Origin: Nemertoderma westbladi
Lineage: Eukaryota > Animalia > Xenacoelomorpha
NCBI GenBank assembly: GCA_032718475.1
Contig: JAUCBJ010003977.1
Location: forward strand, 1-44,632
DNA length: 44,632 nucleotides
Direction: 5' to 3'
How positions within the stretch are numbered: the stretch's first letter is position 1; each line of letters opens with the position of its first letter. The notes under the pieces were generated by a model that was given only the letters and a program-made list of their open reading frames with translations, had not been told where the DNA came from and did no database searches. Below, one piece after another: positions 30,106 to 40,200 of the stretch. The position numbers and the translations under genes were made by a program.

Positions 30106-30355
30106 GCAAGCAAGCAAACAGTCGGCCGAAACCGGAGGCGACCCAAAGGCTCCTCTTTCGATAGCTGCTACCCGAGGGTAGGGGTGGGCGCTACTCCTAT
30201 CCCAAGATTTGCTCCCAGTTATTTAACTGGTACTCATTTTATCGACCCCAGAGGATGAAAGGCTGAGTGGACCCTGGCGGGGCTGAACGTACAACCAATA
30301 GATTGCAGGCCCGGCGCTCAACCAACTGAGCTACCCCACCGTAGCTCCGCCACCG
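30106..30355 (-). mobile_element. tRNA-derived SINE (~250 bp) inserted in the LINE 3' UTR
   Basis: Minus-strand head GGTGGGGTAGCTCAGTTGGTTGAGCGCCGGGCCTGCAATC..GTTCAGCCC, with box A at 30322-30333, a degenerate box B at 30280-30288 and a GCA anticodon-like loop. The central block is CACTCAGCCTTTCATCCTCTGGGGTCGATAAAATGAGTACCAG and the tail is (TTGC)n. It is flanked by the direct repeat AGATACTCAATAA (30093-30105 and from 30356). Confidence 0.88.
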
Positions 30356-30674
30356 AGATACTCAATAAAGATACTCAATAAAGATACTCAATAAAGATAC
30401 TCAATAAAGATACTCAATAAAGATACTCAATAAAGATACTCAATAAAGATACTCAATAAAGATACTCAATAAAGATACTCAATAAAGATACTCAATAAAG
30501 ATACTCAATAAAGATACTCAATAAAGATACTCAATAAAGATACTCAATAAAGATACTCAATAAAGATACTCAATAAAGATACTCAATAAAGATACTCAAT
30601 AAAGATACTCAATAAAGATACTCAATAAAGATACTCAATAAAGATACTCAATAAAGATACTCAATAAAGATACT
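30356..30674. repeat. Perfect 13-bp tandem repeat (AGATACTCAATAA) x24 plus a 7-bp partial copy
   Basis: Exact 13-bp periodicity from 30356 to 30667 plus AGATACT. It lies between the SINE 5' end and the LINE ORF2 stop codon. Confidence 0.98.
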
Positions 30675-32670
30675 TAAGACTCGAGGATACTTAAAGCACG
30701 ATTAATGAATAAACAGCACTGGTATAAATCGTTTATGTCGCTGAAAAATGATTCGATAGAGGAAAAATCAATGTGTTGAAAGTCTTGGCGCATTTCCGCT
30801 AGAGAACTGCAGGAGCGAATGACGTGGACCTCTGTCTGAACAGAACCACAGAGACACATACGGTTTTCAGGCGGCTGATTCGTTGATGCCCCCTCTTTGG
30901 GCAATTGGCGACCCTAATTATATGTAGCTCCGACAATTTTCGACACAAACCGAGACATTTCGCACTTCAACACGAAAAGGAAGGTAGTCAGTAGAGCTTC
31001 CATTAATAACGATAAACTTAGTTTTTTTAATATTAAATTAATAGACATATTGTATTCGTTGCAAAATTCCAGTAGGATAAACAACTTATGTGAAGCTGTG
31101 GCGCGAGATGAGGCAAGAACAACTGAGTCGTCCATTAACATCAACGAATGTAAGTTTTCCAATAAGCCATCAGGCGGGGATAGTTTTATTTAAAAAGGGA
31201 TTTATGTATATGGTGAAACACCAGGAGCGCCCTGTAGAACACCAATGGTGCTACGAATAAGATGGGAACCGATGATGCTAGCTGCTGTACTGTAGAATGT
31301 GCGAAGAGCACGAATCATTATCCCCCCACAGTCCATCGATATAAGCAACTTCCATAACTTATGACGTGAAACCTTATCATACGCTGTTGAGAAGTCAATG
31401 AAAATAAGGAATAACTTACACTTGAGGATTTACGGGCATAATCCATAAGCAGGTTTAAGGTTAGGATATGTTCTTCGCAGCATCTTTTTGAGTTCCAGCC
31501 TGCTCAATGTCGGGGGATGATGCCCACATGGCCAGACGTCTTGATAAAATGAAGTCATATAGCTTTGCTAATGAACTGAGGATTGAGATTACACGATAAT
31601 TGCTGCATAGAAAACGAGACCCCCGCTTGAACACAGCGACAAGGCGCGATAATGCCCAGGGGCATGGAACAAAAGAACCTAAGAAAATGTTATTAAAGAC
31701 TGTTACCAAGAGAACTAGCCATTCCATGGGTAAATATTTCAAAATTCCTGGCGAAATTCCGTCCGGACCTGCAAATTTTTTCGCTTTTAATTTATTGATT
31801 CCTTCCTCAACTTCAAGTAGGGTAATGGGAGAGTCCAGGAGAGGTATGTATGGGCAGTTAGAGGTGCTAAGGTCAACAGAAAGGGAGTCGACGCAAGAAT
31901 CATTAGATTTGTTTTTTTAGAAATGATTGGCAAACTCTTGCTCTGAAGGAGAATCGTTATTTAAATCACTTGCATCATTGGATTCTAGTCCTCCCTACCA
32001 GTTAATTCGAGACCATATAGTATGCTCATCGAGATTTGCAGCCAACCGTAACCAAACTGAGTTCTCATTAGTATTGGTAACCATATTGGCAGCAGTAGTT
32101 ACGTTGCCCAGACTACACCTCCTCTACAAAAACACTTGCAGATTTTTGTGGGTTATTTATGATATCAAGGGTGGACGCTTCTTCAACCTGTAATGCCTTG
32201 GGCTCATGTGTGATGTGGTTATAACTTCCAAGATCAACAGATCGTTGTTTTGTCAGAGAGGCGGGTTGGCCAGACAGGGCAATACACACACAAAGCAATG
32301 GGTAGATGGTCTGAGGGCAAAGACTTTGAATAAACGGAATAGCAAGTTTACTTATTACAGCTCGATCTACTTCTGAAATAGGTACGCCTTTACGCATAAA
32401 AATGTTACCACCATTAATGCGTAAGTCATTGAAAAAGCTGAAACTCAAATTCAATAGTTCACAGTCCTGCAATAATTGGCATAACCGCCGACCATGCTCG
32501 TTATTTACATGATCATTGTGGTTCTCTGTATGAACAACCATAAGGCAATGAATTAGAGCTAATTTAAAGTAATAGATTACCAACTCGAGCATTAAAGTCC
32601 CCAATATTGTATAACCTAGGGTTTAGGTATTTTTCGCGTAGCGCGGCACAATTCCAAGAGAGTAAACTCA
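30674..32670 (-). pseudogene. LINE ORF2 remnant (endonuclease, reverse transcriptase, zinc knuckle), broken by frameshifts and deletions
   Basis: Track ORFs 32113-32604, 31461-31742, 30914-31162 and 30674-30904, plus intervening frames reading KLFLIFIDFSTAYDKVSRHKLWKLL..GVLQG and IPLLDSPITLLEVEEGINKLKAKKFAGPDGISPG. Confidence 0.9.
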
Positions 32671-32694
32671 AAAAATCAGTTTGTTTGTGGCGAT

Positions 32695-33286
32695 TTAAAA
32701 AACCGTGGAGAATTTATAGATTATGACGTCATTTCTAAACACTACACGTTGCCTGTAATCAAACTTAACTACGTGACCCGCGTTCTCAGCTTTCTTCTTC
32801 TCATCGTAAACGACTTTAAGTAACCGACCCAGTTCTCTACTAATAGCCGGGTGCATTTCAGGTTTTAGATATACCTTATTAAATGGGTTAGGGGCTTGTT
32901 TCAGATTCTTAGCTGCACTCAGAATCGAATAACGCGATGGTGCGGAACTATTAAGTTTGATCAATAGTGGTCGCATTCTTACTCGTGTTGCAGTGGTAAC
33001 ACTACCAGTGTTATTATCGTTACCGATAATACGATACAGCCCGAAGGTCATCGACTGATAAACTCGTGATGGTTGCACCTCCGTTTGGGGGGTTTAGTGT
33101 TGCTGGCGGAGGAGGAGTCTGAACGGTTCCAGCAGTGGTAACGCTCGATATCCGGATTCTCGAACCAACGCCACCACTAATCGTAGATGGGGAAGCAAAG
33201 CATTTATCGCACAAGAGACCGGGTTTCAGACGATGTTGAGAAACACCACAGGCTTTGCAAACTCCCATCGGATAATTATGAAACAA
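32695..33286 (-). pseudogene. LINE ORF1 remnant (N-terminal CxxC-x12-CxxC finger plus an ORF1-type C-terminal region), frameshifted near 33050
   Basis: ORFs 33020-33286 (CKAC..CDKC) and 32695-33078 (RPLLIKL..KVYLKPEMHP) lie directly upstream of the APE start motif. Confidence 0.75.
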
Positions 33287-33654
33287 TACAATAATAAAAC
33301 AATACCTTCACATTTGTATCAATAACAGACCCTCCAGTATTTGTTAATGTATGAAGTGTGTTACCATGTGGCTACTCAACCGGTCTAATTATGTTCTGAT
33401 CATTTTTCTATAGTTCCATTTTTCTCTAGTATTAATACGGTATTTAACTACTGTACATATATAGTGTATCGCTAGTGTTAAGTTTTAACTTTCTAGTCTA
33501 AGTTTAAAACTAGTTATTTTAGTTATTTAGTTAGTTTATTTAGTTATATAGTTATATATATTAAACTTTATAACTTTAGTTTGAATACAAAATAACTGTT
33601 TATTATTATTGTGAAAGTGAATCTAGAAAATTTAGTCTTCGTTCTAAAATGTTA

Positions 33655-33890
33655 TACATTACGTTACACGTTGGTGGGGCCTTCGCGCAGCACGAGACTA
33701 CATTACGTTACAAAGTCTGAAACTATTGGTACCGACTGACAGACCGTCTGATTTTCGACAACACTTCAGATTCTTCTAAACTTTTGACAGGTCAAAAATT
33801 AGCGATGACGACAGACAACTCGTTAATGGTACCCATATGCTAAGGCTTCGCTCATTTCGTGGCTCGCCCCACATTAGGCCGTACATTACC
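33655..33890. mobile_element. Possible small non-autonomous element (MITE- or Helentron-associated-like)
   Basis: Short inverted motif GTGGGGC (33674-80) / GCCCCAC (33866-72), internal GACAGAC-type microrepeats, and a 14-bp direct repeat TACATTACGTTACA at 33655 and 33699. Confidence 0.3.
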
Positions 33891-34224
33891 TACTGTATTT
33901 ATAATAATGGTCATCATCATTGAATCGACATGTATAACAGGTGGGTGCAAAACTTAAATATTTAACTGATAGTTACTAAACTCGCTGAATTGCAAACATT
34001 ATTTAGCTATAGAAATAAGGTTTAGTATGAATCTCTACGGTATTCTATTGAATTTCTATCGAATAAAAAGACCAATTTATCGAAGATGTTTATGTTGTCA
34101 CTTCAGTCTGGTGAGTCTTTCGTTCGCAACATTGTTAGGTGATCGCTTATTAAGTAGTGAGACGTTCGCATTGAGGCGAAGTTGGGAAATGGTTGAAGGA
34201 TTATCGATGGACAAACACACCCCA

Positions 34225-34240
34225 CCCCCCCCCCCCCCCC
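34225..34240 (+). repeat. Poly-C run (16 nt)
   Basis: Homopolymer seen directly. Confidence 0.85.
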
Positions 34241-34308
34241 TCCCGCCTCCAACCCAGGTGGTTCAATTATTGGATTTTAGAGTTATAGAAAAGTACAGAT
34301 ATCAATGC

Positions 34309-34458
34309 GAGAGACTCACGGCAATGTCAGTGACTCGCGGAAATGTGAGTGACTCGCGGCATTGTGAGTGACTCTGCCGTGAGTGAGTCACGGCAAAGTG
34401 AGTAACTCATGGCAATGTGAGTGACTCGCGGCCATGCGAGTGAATCACGGCAATGTGA
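34309..34458. repeat. Degenerate 19-bp minisatellite (GAGTGACTCGCGGCAATGT), ~8 copies
   Basis: Repeated GTGAGTGACTCGCGGCAAT units with substitutions. Confidence 0.85.
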
Positions 34459-34967
34459 TCGCGGAATTTATATTAAATTTCTCTCCAATAACCTCTTCAT
34501 TTACAGATGAGTAATTGTTCTAGAAGTTGACGGACTCCCATTGGTTGAGTGGATTTGGTATCTAAGGACGGTATCCAGGGAATCTCAGACTATTACAACT
34601 CTATAGATTTTTACTGAAAATAATTGACGAGAACATCTTCTATAGGAAACATTTTATTGATAACTTGGTTACCTTGGTTACGTGGTTAATAATACCTGGT
34701 AGTATTTTATATACTCTGATACAGTGAGTGCGACACATTCAATTAACATACTATTGCAGAATCCGATGCATTGATCGTTAATAGGTTGGTCGAGGGGGAT
34801 AATTGGTCTAAAGAAAACCAGTGATGCAAACCCTTTGGACTCATATCGTGTCACAGGACTCAGATCTCAGGACTCCTAAATTAATGCAATCCAAGTGTCA
34901 TTTCAGGCCAGATATGTCGATCGGAAATATAGTTAATGTCTAATCCCTGCAATAGTGTCCTTGTAAA

Positions 34968-36970
34968 TGTAACTATTTAATCCCTGTAACTATGCAACTA
35001 TTTAATCCCTGTAACTATCTAGCCCCTGTAACTATGCAACTATTTAATCCCTGTAACTATCTAGCCCCTGTAACTATGCAACTATTTAATCCCTGTAACT
35101 ATCTAGCCCCTGTAACTATGCAACTATTTAATCCCTGTAACTATCTAGCCCCTGTAACTATGCAACTATTTAATCCCTGTAACTATTATCCAACTATTTA
35201 TTCCCTGTAACTATGCAACTAATTATTCCCTGTAACTATGTAACTAAGTAATCCCTGTAACTATTTAATCCCTGTAACTATGCAACTATTTAATCCCTGT
35301 AACTATCCAGCCCTGTAACAATGGAACTATCCAGCCCATGTAACTATGCAACTATTTAATCCCTGTAACTATCCAGCCCATGTAACTATGCAACTATTTA
35401 ATCCCTGTAACTATCCAGCCCATGTATCTATGCAACTATTTAATCCCTGTAACTATCTAGCCCCTGTAACTATGCAACTATTTAATCCCTGTAACTATCT
35501 AGCCCCTGTAACTATGCAACTATTTAATCCCTGTAACTATCTAGCCCCTGTAACTATGCAACTATTTAATCCCTGTAACTATTATCCAACTATTTATTCC
35601 CTGTAACTATGCAACTAATTATTCCCTGTAACTATGTAACTAAGTAATCCCTGTAACTATTTAATCCCTGTAACTATGCAACTATTTAATCCCTGTAACT
35701 ATCCAGCCCTGTAACAATGGAACTATCCAGCCCATGTAACTATGCAACTATTTAATCCCTGTAACTATCCAGCCCATGTAACTATGCAACTATTTAATCC
35801 CTGTAACTATCCAGCCCATGTATCTATGCAACTATTTAATCCCTGTAACTATGCAACTATTTAATCCCTGTAACTATGCAACTATTTAATCCCTGTAACT
35901 ATCCAGCCCTGTAACAATGGAACTATCCAGCCCATGTAACTATGCAACTATTTAATCCCTCTAACTATCCAGCCCATGTAACTATGCAACTATTTAATCC
36001 CTGTAACTATCCAGCCCATGAACTATGCAACTATTTAATCCCTGTAACTATGCAACTATTTAATCCCTGTAACTATGCAACTATTTAATCCCTGTAACTA
36101 TCCAGCCCATCTAACTATGCAACTATTTAATCCCTGTAACTATCCAGCCCATGTAACTATGCAACTATTTAATCCCTGTAACTATGCAACTATTTAATCC
36201 CTGTAACTATGCAACTATTTAATCCCTGTAACTATCCAGCCCATGTAACTATGCAACTATTTAATCCCTGTAACTATCCAGCCCATGTAACTATGCAACT
36301 ATTTAATCCCTGTAACTATCCAGCCCATGTAACTATTCAACTATTTAATCCCTGTGACTATCCAGCCCATGTAACTATGCAACTATTTAATCCCTGGAAC
36401 TATGCAACTATTTAATCCCTGTAACTATCTAGCCCTGTAACTATGGAACTATCCAGCCCATGTAACTATGCAACTATTTAGTACCTGTAACTATATAACT
36501 ATTTAATCCCTGTAACTATCTGGCCCCTGTAACTATGTAACTATTTATTCCCTGTAACTATGAAAACATTTAATCCCTGTAACTATGAAAACATTTAATC
36601 CCTGTAACTATGCAACTATTTAATCCCTGTAACTATGCAACTATTTAATCCCTGTAACTATCCAGCCCATGTAACTATGCAACTATTTAATCCATGTAAC
36701 TATTTAATCCCTGTAACTATTTAATCCCTGTAGCCCCTGTAACTATTTAATCCCTGTAACTATTTAATCCCTGTAGCCCCTGTAACTAAGTAACTATCTA
36801 GCCCCTGTAACTATGAAAATATTTAATCCCTGTAACTATTTAATCCCTGTAGCCCCTGTAACTAAGTAACTATCTAGCCCCTGTAACTATGTAACTATTT
36901 AATACCTGTAACTATTTAATCCCTGTTTTTATCTGGTCCATGTAACTATGTAACAACCCCTCCTGTAACG
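34968..36970. repeat. Compound minisatellite on a TGTAACTA core (17-, 25- and 42-bp units, e.g. ATGCAACTATTTAATCCCTGTAACTATCCAGCCCATGTAACT)
   Basis: Visible nested periodicity, including a 396-bp internal duplication. It decays into the acceptor region of the next exon. Confidence 0.97.
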
Positions 36971-36986
36971 AACGATTGGTTTGTAG

Positions 36987-37201
36987 GACGCGCAGTCTGG
37001 TATATTGGAGGAGGACGATAAACGACACCATCGGGAGAGAGTTCGTCGTGAAATCGAGAAAAGGGAGCGAGAGAAACGGGATCGGAGCCATCGGCACCGA
37101 GATTACGATGATCGGAGGGCGAGGGAACAGCATTCTAGAGACGATAGACGGCCGAATCTCGATAATATACCGTCCAGGAGAGCCCCTAAGAGTTCTACTA
37201 G
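36987..37201 (+). CDS. RBM25: Internal coding exon (215 nt, phase 0-2), Arg/Glu/Asp-rich: DAQSGILEEDDKRHHRERVRREIEKREREKRDRSHRHRDYDDRRAREQHSRDDRRPNLDNIPSRRAPKSST(R)
   Basis: Acceptor tttgtAG (36985-86) preceded by ~105 nt with no AG, and donor TAG|GTTAGT. It is in phase with the 29089-29181 exon. An RE/RD-rich tract is expected directly after the KFR motif in RBM25. An alternative in-frame CAG acceptor lies at 36993-95. Confidence 0.75.
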
Positions 37202-40200
37202 GTTAGTGGATAATATACCGTCCAGGAGAGCCCCTAAGAGTTCTACTAGGTTAGTGTGGATAATATACCGTCCAGGAGAGCCCCTAAGAGTTCTACTAGG
37301 TTAGTGGATAATATACCGTCCAGGAGAGTCCCTAAGAGTTCTACTAGGTTAGTGGATAATATACCGTCCAGGAGAGCCCCTAAGAGTTCTACTAGGTTAG
37401 TGTGGATAATATACCGTCCAGGAGAGCCCCTAAGAGTTCTACTAGGTTAGTGGATAATATACCGTCCAGGAGAGCCCCTAAGAGTTCTACTAGGTTAGTG
37501 GATAATATACCGTCCAGGAGAGCCCCTAAGAGTTCTACTAGGTTAGTGTGGATAATATACCGTCCAGGAGAGCCCCTAAGAGTTCTACTAGGTTAGTGGA
37601 TAATATACCGTCCAGGAGAGCCCCTAAGAGTTCGACTAGGTTAGTGTGGATAATATACCGTCCAGGAGAGCCCCTAAGAGTTCTACTAGGTTAGTGGATA
37701 ATATACCGTCCAGGAGAGCCCCTAAGAGTTCCACTAGGTTAGTGGATAATATACCGTCCAGGAGAGCCCCTAAGAGTTCTACTAGGTTAGTGGGATAATA
37801 TACCGTCCAGGAGAGCCCCTAAGAGTTCTACTAGGTTAGTGTGGATAATATACCGTCCAGGAGAGCCCCTAAGAGTTCTACTAGGTTAGTGTGGATAATA
37901 TACCGTCCAGGAGAGCCCCTAAGAGTTCTACTAGGTTAGTGTGGATAATATACCGTCCAGGAGAGCCCCTAAGAGTTCTACTAGGTTAGTGTGGATAATA
38001 TACCGTCCAGGAGAGCCCCTAAGAGTTCTACTAGGTTAGTGGATAATATACCGTCCAGGAGAGCCCCTAAGAGTTCTACTAGGTTAGTGGGATAATATAC
38101 CGTCCAGGAGAGCCCCTAAGAGTTCTACTAGGTTAGTGGATAATATACCGTCCAGGAGAGCCCCTAAGAGTTCTACTAGGTTAGTGGATAATATACCGTC
38201 CAGGAGAGCCCCTAAGAGTTCTACTAGGTTAGTGTGGATAATATACCGTCCAGGAGAGCCCCTAAGAGTTCTACTAGGTTAGTGGGATAATATACCGTCC
38301 AGGAGAGCCCCTAAGAGTTCTACTAGGTTAGTGTGGATAATATACCGTCCAGGAGAGCCCCTAAGAGTTCTACTAGGTTAGTGTGGATAATATACCGTCC
38401 AGGAGAGCCCCTAAGAGTTCTACTAGGTTAGTGGATAATATACCGTCCAGGAGAGCCCCTAAGAGTTCTACTAGGTTAGTGTGGATAATATACCGTCCAG
38501 GAGAGCCCCTAAGAGTTCTACTAGGTTAGTGGATAATATACCGTCCAGGAGAGCCCCTAAGAGTTCTACTAGGTTAGTGTGGATAATATACCGTCCAGGA
38601 GAGCCCCTAAGAGTTCTACTAGGTTAGTGTGGATAATATACCGTCCAGGAGAGCCCCTAAGAGTTCTACTAGGTTAGTGGATAATATACCGTCCAGGAGA
38701 GCCCCTAAGAGTTCTACTAGGTTAGTGTGGATAATATACCGTCCAGGAGAGCCCCTAAGAGTTCTACTAGGTTAGGTGGATAATATACCGTCCAGGAGAG
38801 CCCCTAAGAGTTCTACTAGGTTAGTGGGATAATATACCGTCCAGGAGAGCCCCTAAGAGTTCTACTAGGTTAGTGGATAATATACCGTCCAGGAGAGCCC
38901 CTAAGAGTTCTACTAGGTTAGTGTGGATAATATACCGTCCAGGAGAGCCCCTAAGAGTTCTACTAGGTTAGTGTGGATAATATACCGTCCAGGAGAGCCC
39001 CTAAGAGTTCTACTAGGTTAGTGGATAATATACCGTCCAGGAGAGCCCCTAAGAGTTCTACTAGGTTAGTGGATAATATACCGTCCAGGAGAGCCCCTAA
39101 GAGTTCTACTAGGTTAGTGTGGATAATATACCGTCCAGGAGAGCCCCTAAGAGTTCTACTAGGTTAGTGTGATAATATACCGTCCAGGAGAGCCCCTAAG
39201 AGTTCTACTAGGTTAGTGTGGATAATATACCGTCCAGGAGAGCCCCTAAGAGTTCTACTAGGTTAGTGGGATAATATACCGTCCAGGAGAGCCCCTAAGA
39301 GTTCTACTAGGTTAGTGTGGATAATATACCGTCCAGGAGAGCCCCTAAGAGTTCTACTAGGTTAGTGTGGATAATATACCGTCCAGGAGAGCCCCTAAGA
39401 GTTCTACTAGGTTAGTGGATAATATACCGTCCAGGAGAGCCCCTAAGAGTTCTACTAGGTTAGTGTGGATAATATACCGTCCAGGAGAGCCCCTAAGAGT
39501 TCTACTAGGTTAGTGTGGATAATATACCGTCCAGGAGAGCCCCTAAGAGTTCTACTAGGTTAGTGGATAATATACCGTCCAGGAGAGCCCCTAAGAGTTC
39601 TACTAGGTTAGTGTGGATAATATACCGTCCAGGAGAGCCCCTAAGAGTTCTACTAGGTTAGTGGATAATATACCGTCCAGGAGAGCCCCTAAGAGTTCTA
39701 CTAGGTTAGTGTGGATAATATACCGTCCAGGAGAGCCCCTAAGAGTTCTACTAGGTTAGTGGGATAATATACCGTCCAGGAGAGCCCCTAAGAGTTCTAC
39801 TAGGTTAGTGTGGATAATATACCGTCCAGGAGAGCCCCTAAGAGTTCTACTAGGTTAGTGGATAATATACCGTCCAGGAGAGCCCCTAAGAGTTCTACTA
39901 GGTTAGTGTGGATAATATACCGTCCAGGAGAGCCCCTAAGAGTTCTACTAGGTTAGTGTGGATAATATACCGTCCAGGAGAGCCCCTAAGAGTTCTACTA
40001 GGTTAGTGTGGATAATATACCGTCCAGGAGAGCCCCTAAGAGTTCTACTAGGTTAGTGGATAATATACCGTCCAGGAGAGCCCCTAAGAGTTCTACTAGG
40101 TTAGTGTGGATAATATACCGTCCAGGAGAGCCCCTAAGAGTTCTACTAGGTTAGTGTGGATAATATACCGTCCAGGAGAGCCCCTAAGAGTTCTACTAGG

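Larger units (their letters stand above)
29831..33300 (-). mobile_element. Degenerate, internally deleted non-LTR retrotransposon (APE-RT LINE with ORF1; clade uncertain, RTEX/Proto2-like), antisense within the intron
   Basis: Minus-strand motifs occur in the expected order: ORF1 (CxxC..CxxC; RPLLIKL..ILSAAKNLK..KVYLKPE), APE (SWNC, IGDFNARVG, NEHGRRL, SEVDR), RT (GPDGISP, KRG..SNYRVISIL, FIDFSTAYDKV, GVLQG, LMDD) and a C-terminal CLC..H..C knuckle. An AT-rich 3' UTR follows, with AATAAA (29855-29860) and an ACTAA-like tail near 29831-29854. Many frameshifts. The 5' end is approximate. Confidence 0.92.

Noticed and set aside
30277-30340. Functional tRNA-Cys gene
   Set aside because: The T-arm and box B are degenerate, and the sequence continues into a SINE body with a tail and flanking direct repeats.
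30356-30674. 13-bp array as the LINE's own 3' tail or as a telomeric repeat
   Set aside because: The LINE 3' UTR appears to continue past the SINE to an AATAAA and tail near 29831-29860, and the array is internal and not G-rich.
31600-32193. Plus-strand ORFs of 106 and 88 aa
   Set aside because: They are antisense shadows of the LINE ORF2 with no recognisable motifs.
29769-34240. Poly-G and poly-C runs as terminal inverted repeats of one element
   Set aside because: I saw no complementarity beyond the homopolymers and no TSD.
34027-34371. 114-aa ORF with polyproline
   Set aside because: The prolines come from a poly-C run and the end comes from the 19-bp repeat; no other coding signal.
34507-34530. 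Possible extra exon after the acceptor-like tcttcatttacAG
   Set aside because: All three frames hit a stop within 8 codons. It cannot be excluded as a poison exon, but nothing supports that.
34992-36415. MQLFNPCNY repeat ORFs
   Set aside because: They are translations of 42-bp minisatellite units and are interrupted wherever 25- or 17-bp units occur.
36912-37206. Alternative-frame and antisense ORFs over the RE-rich exon
   Set aside because: Only the frame containing 37005 is in phase with the upstream exon and gives an RBM25-like composition.
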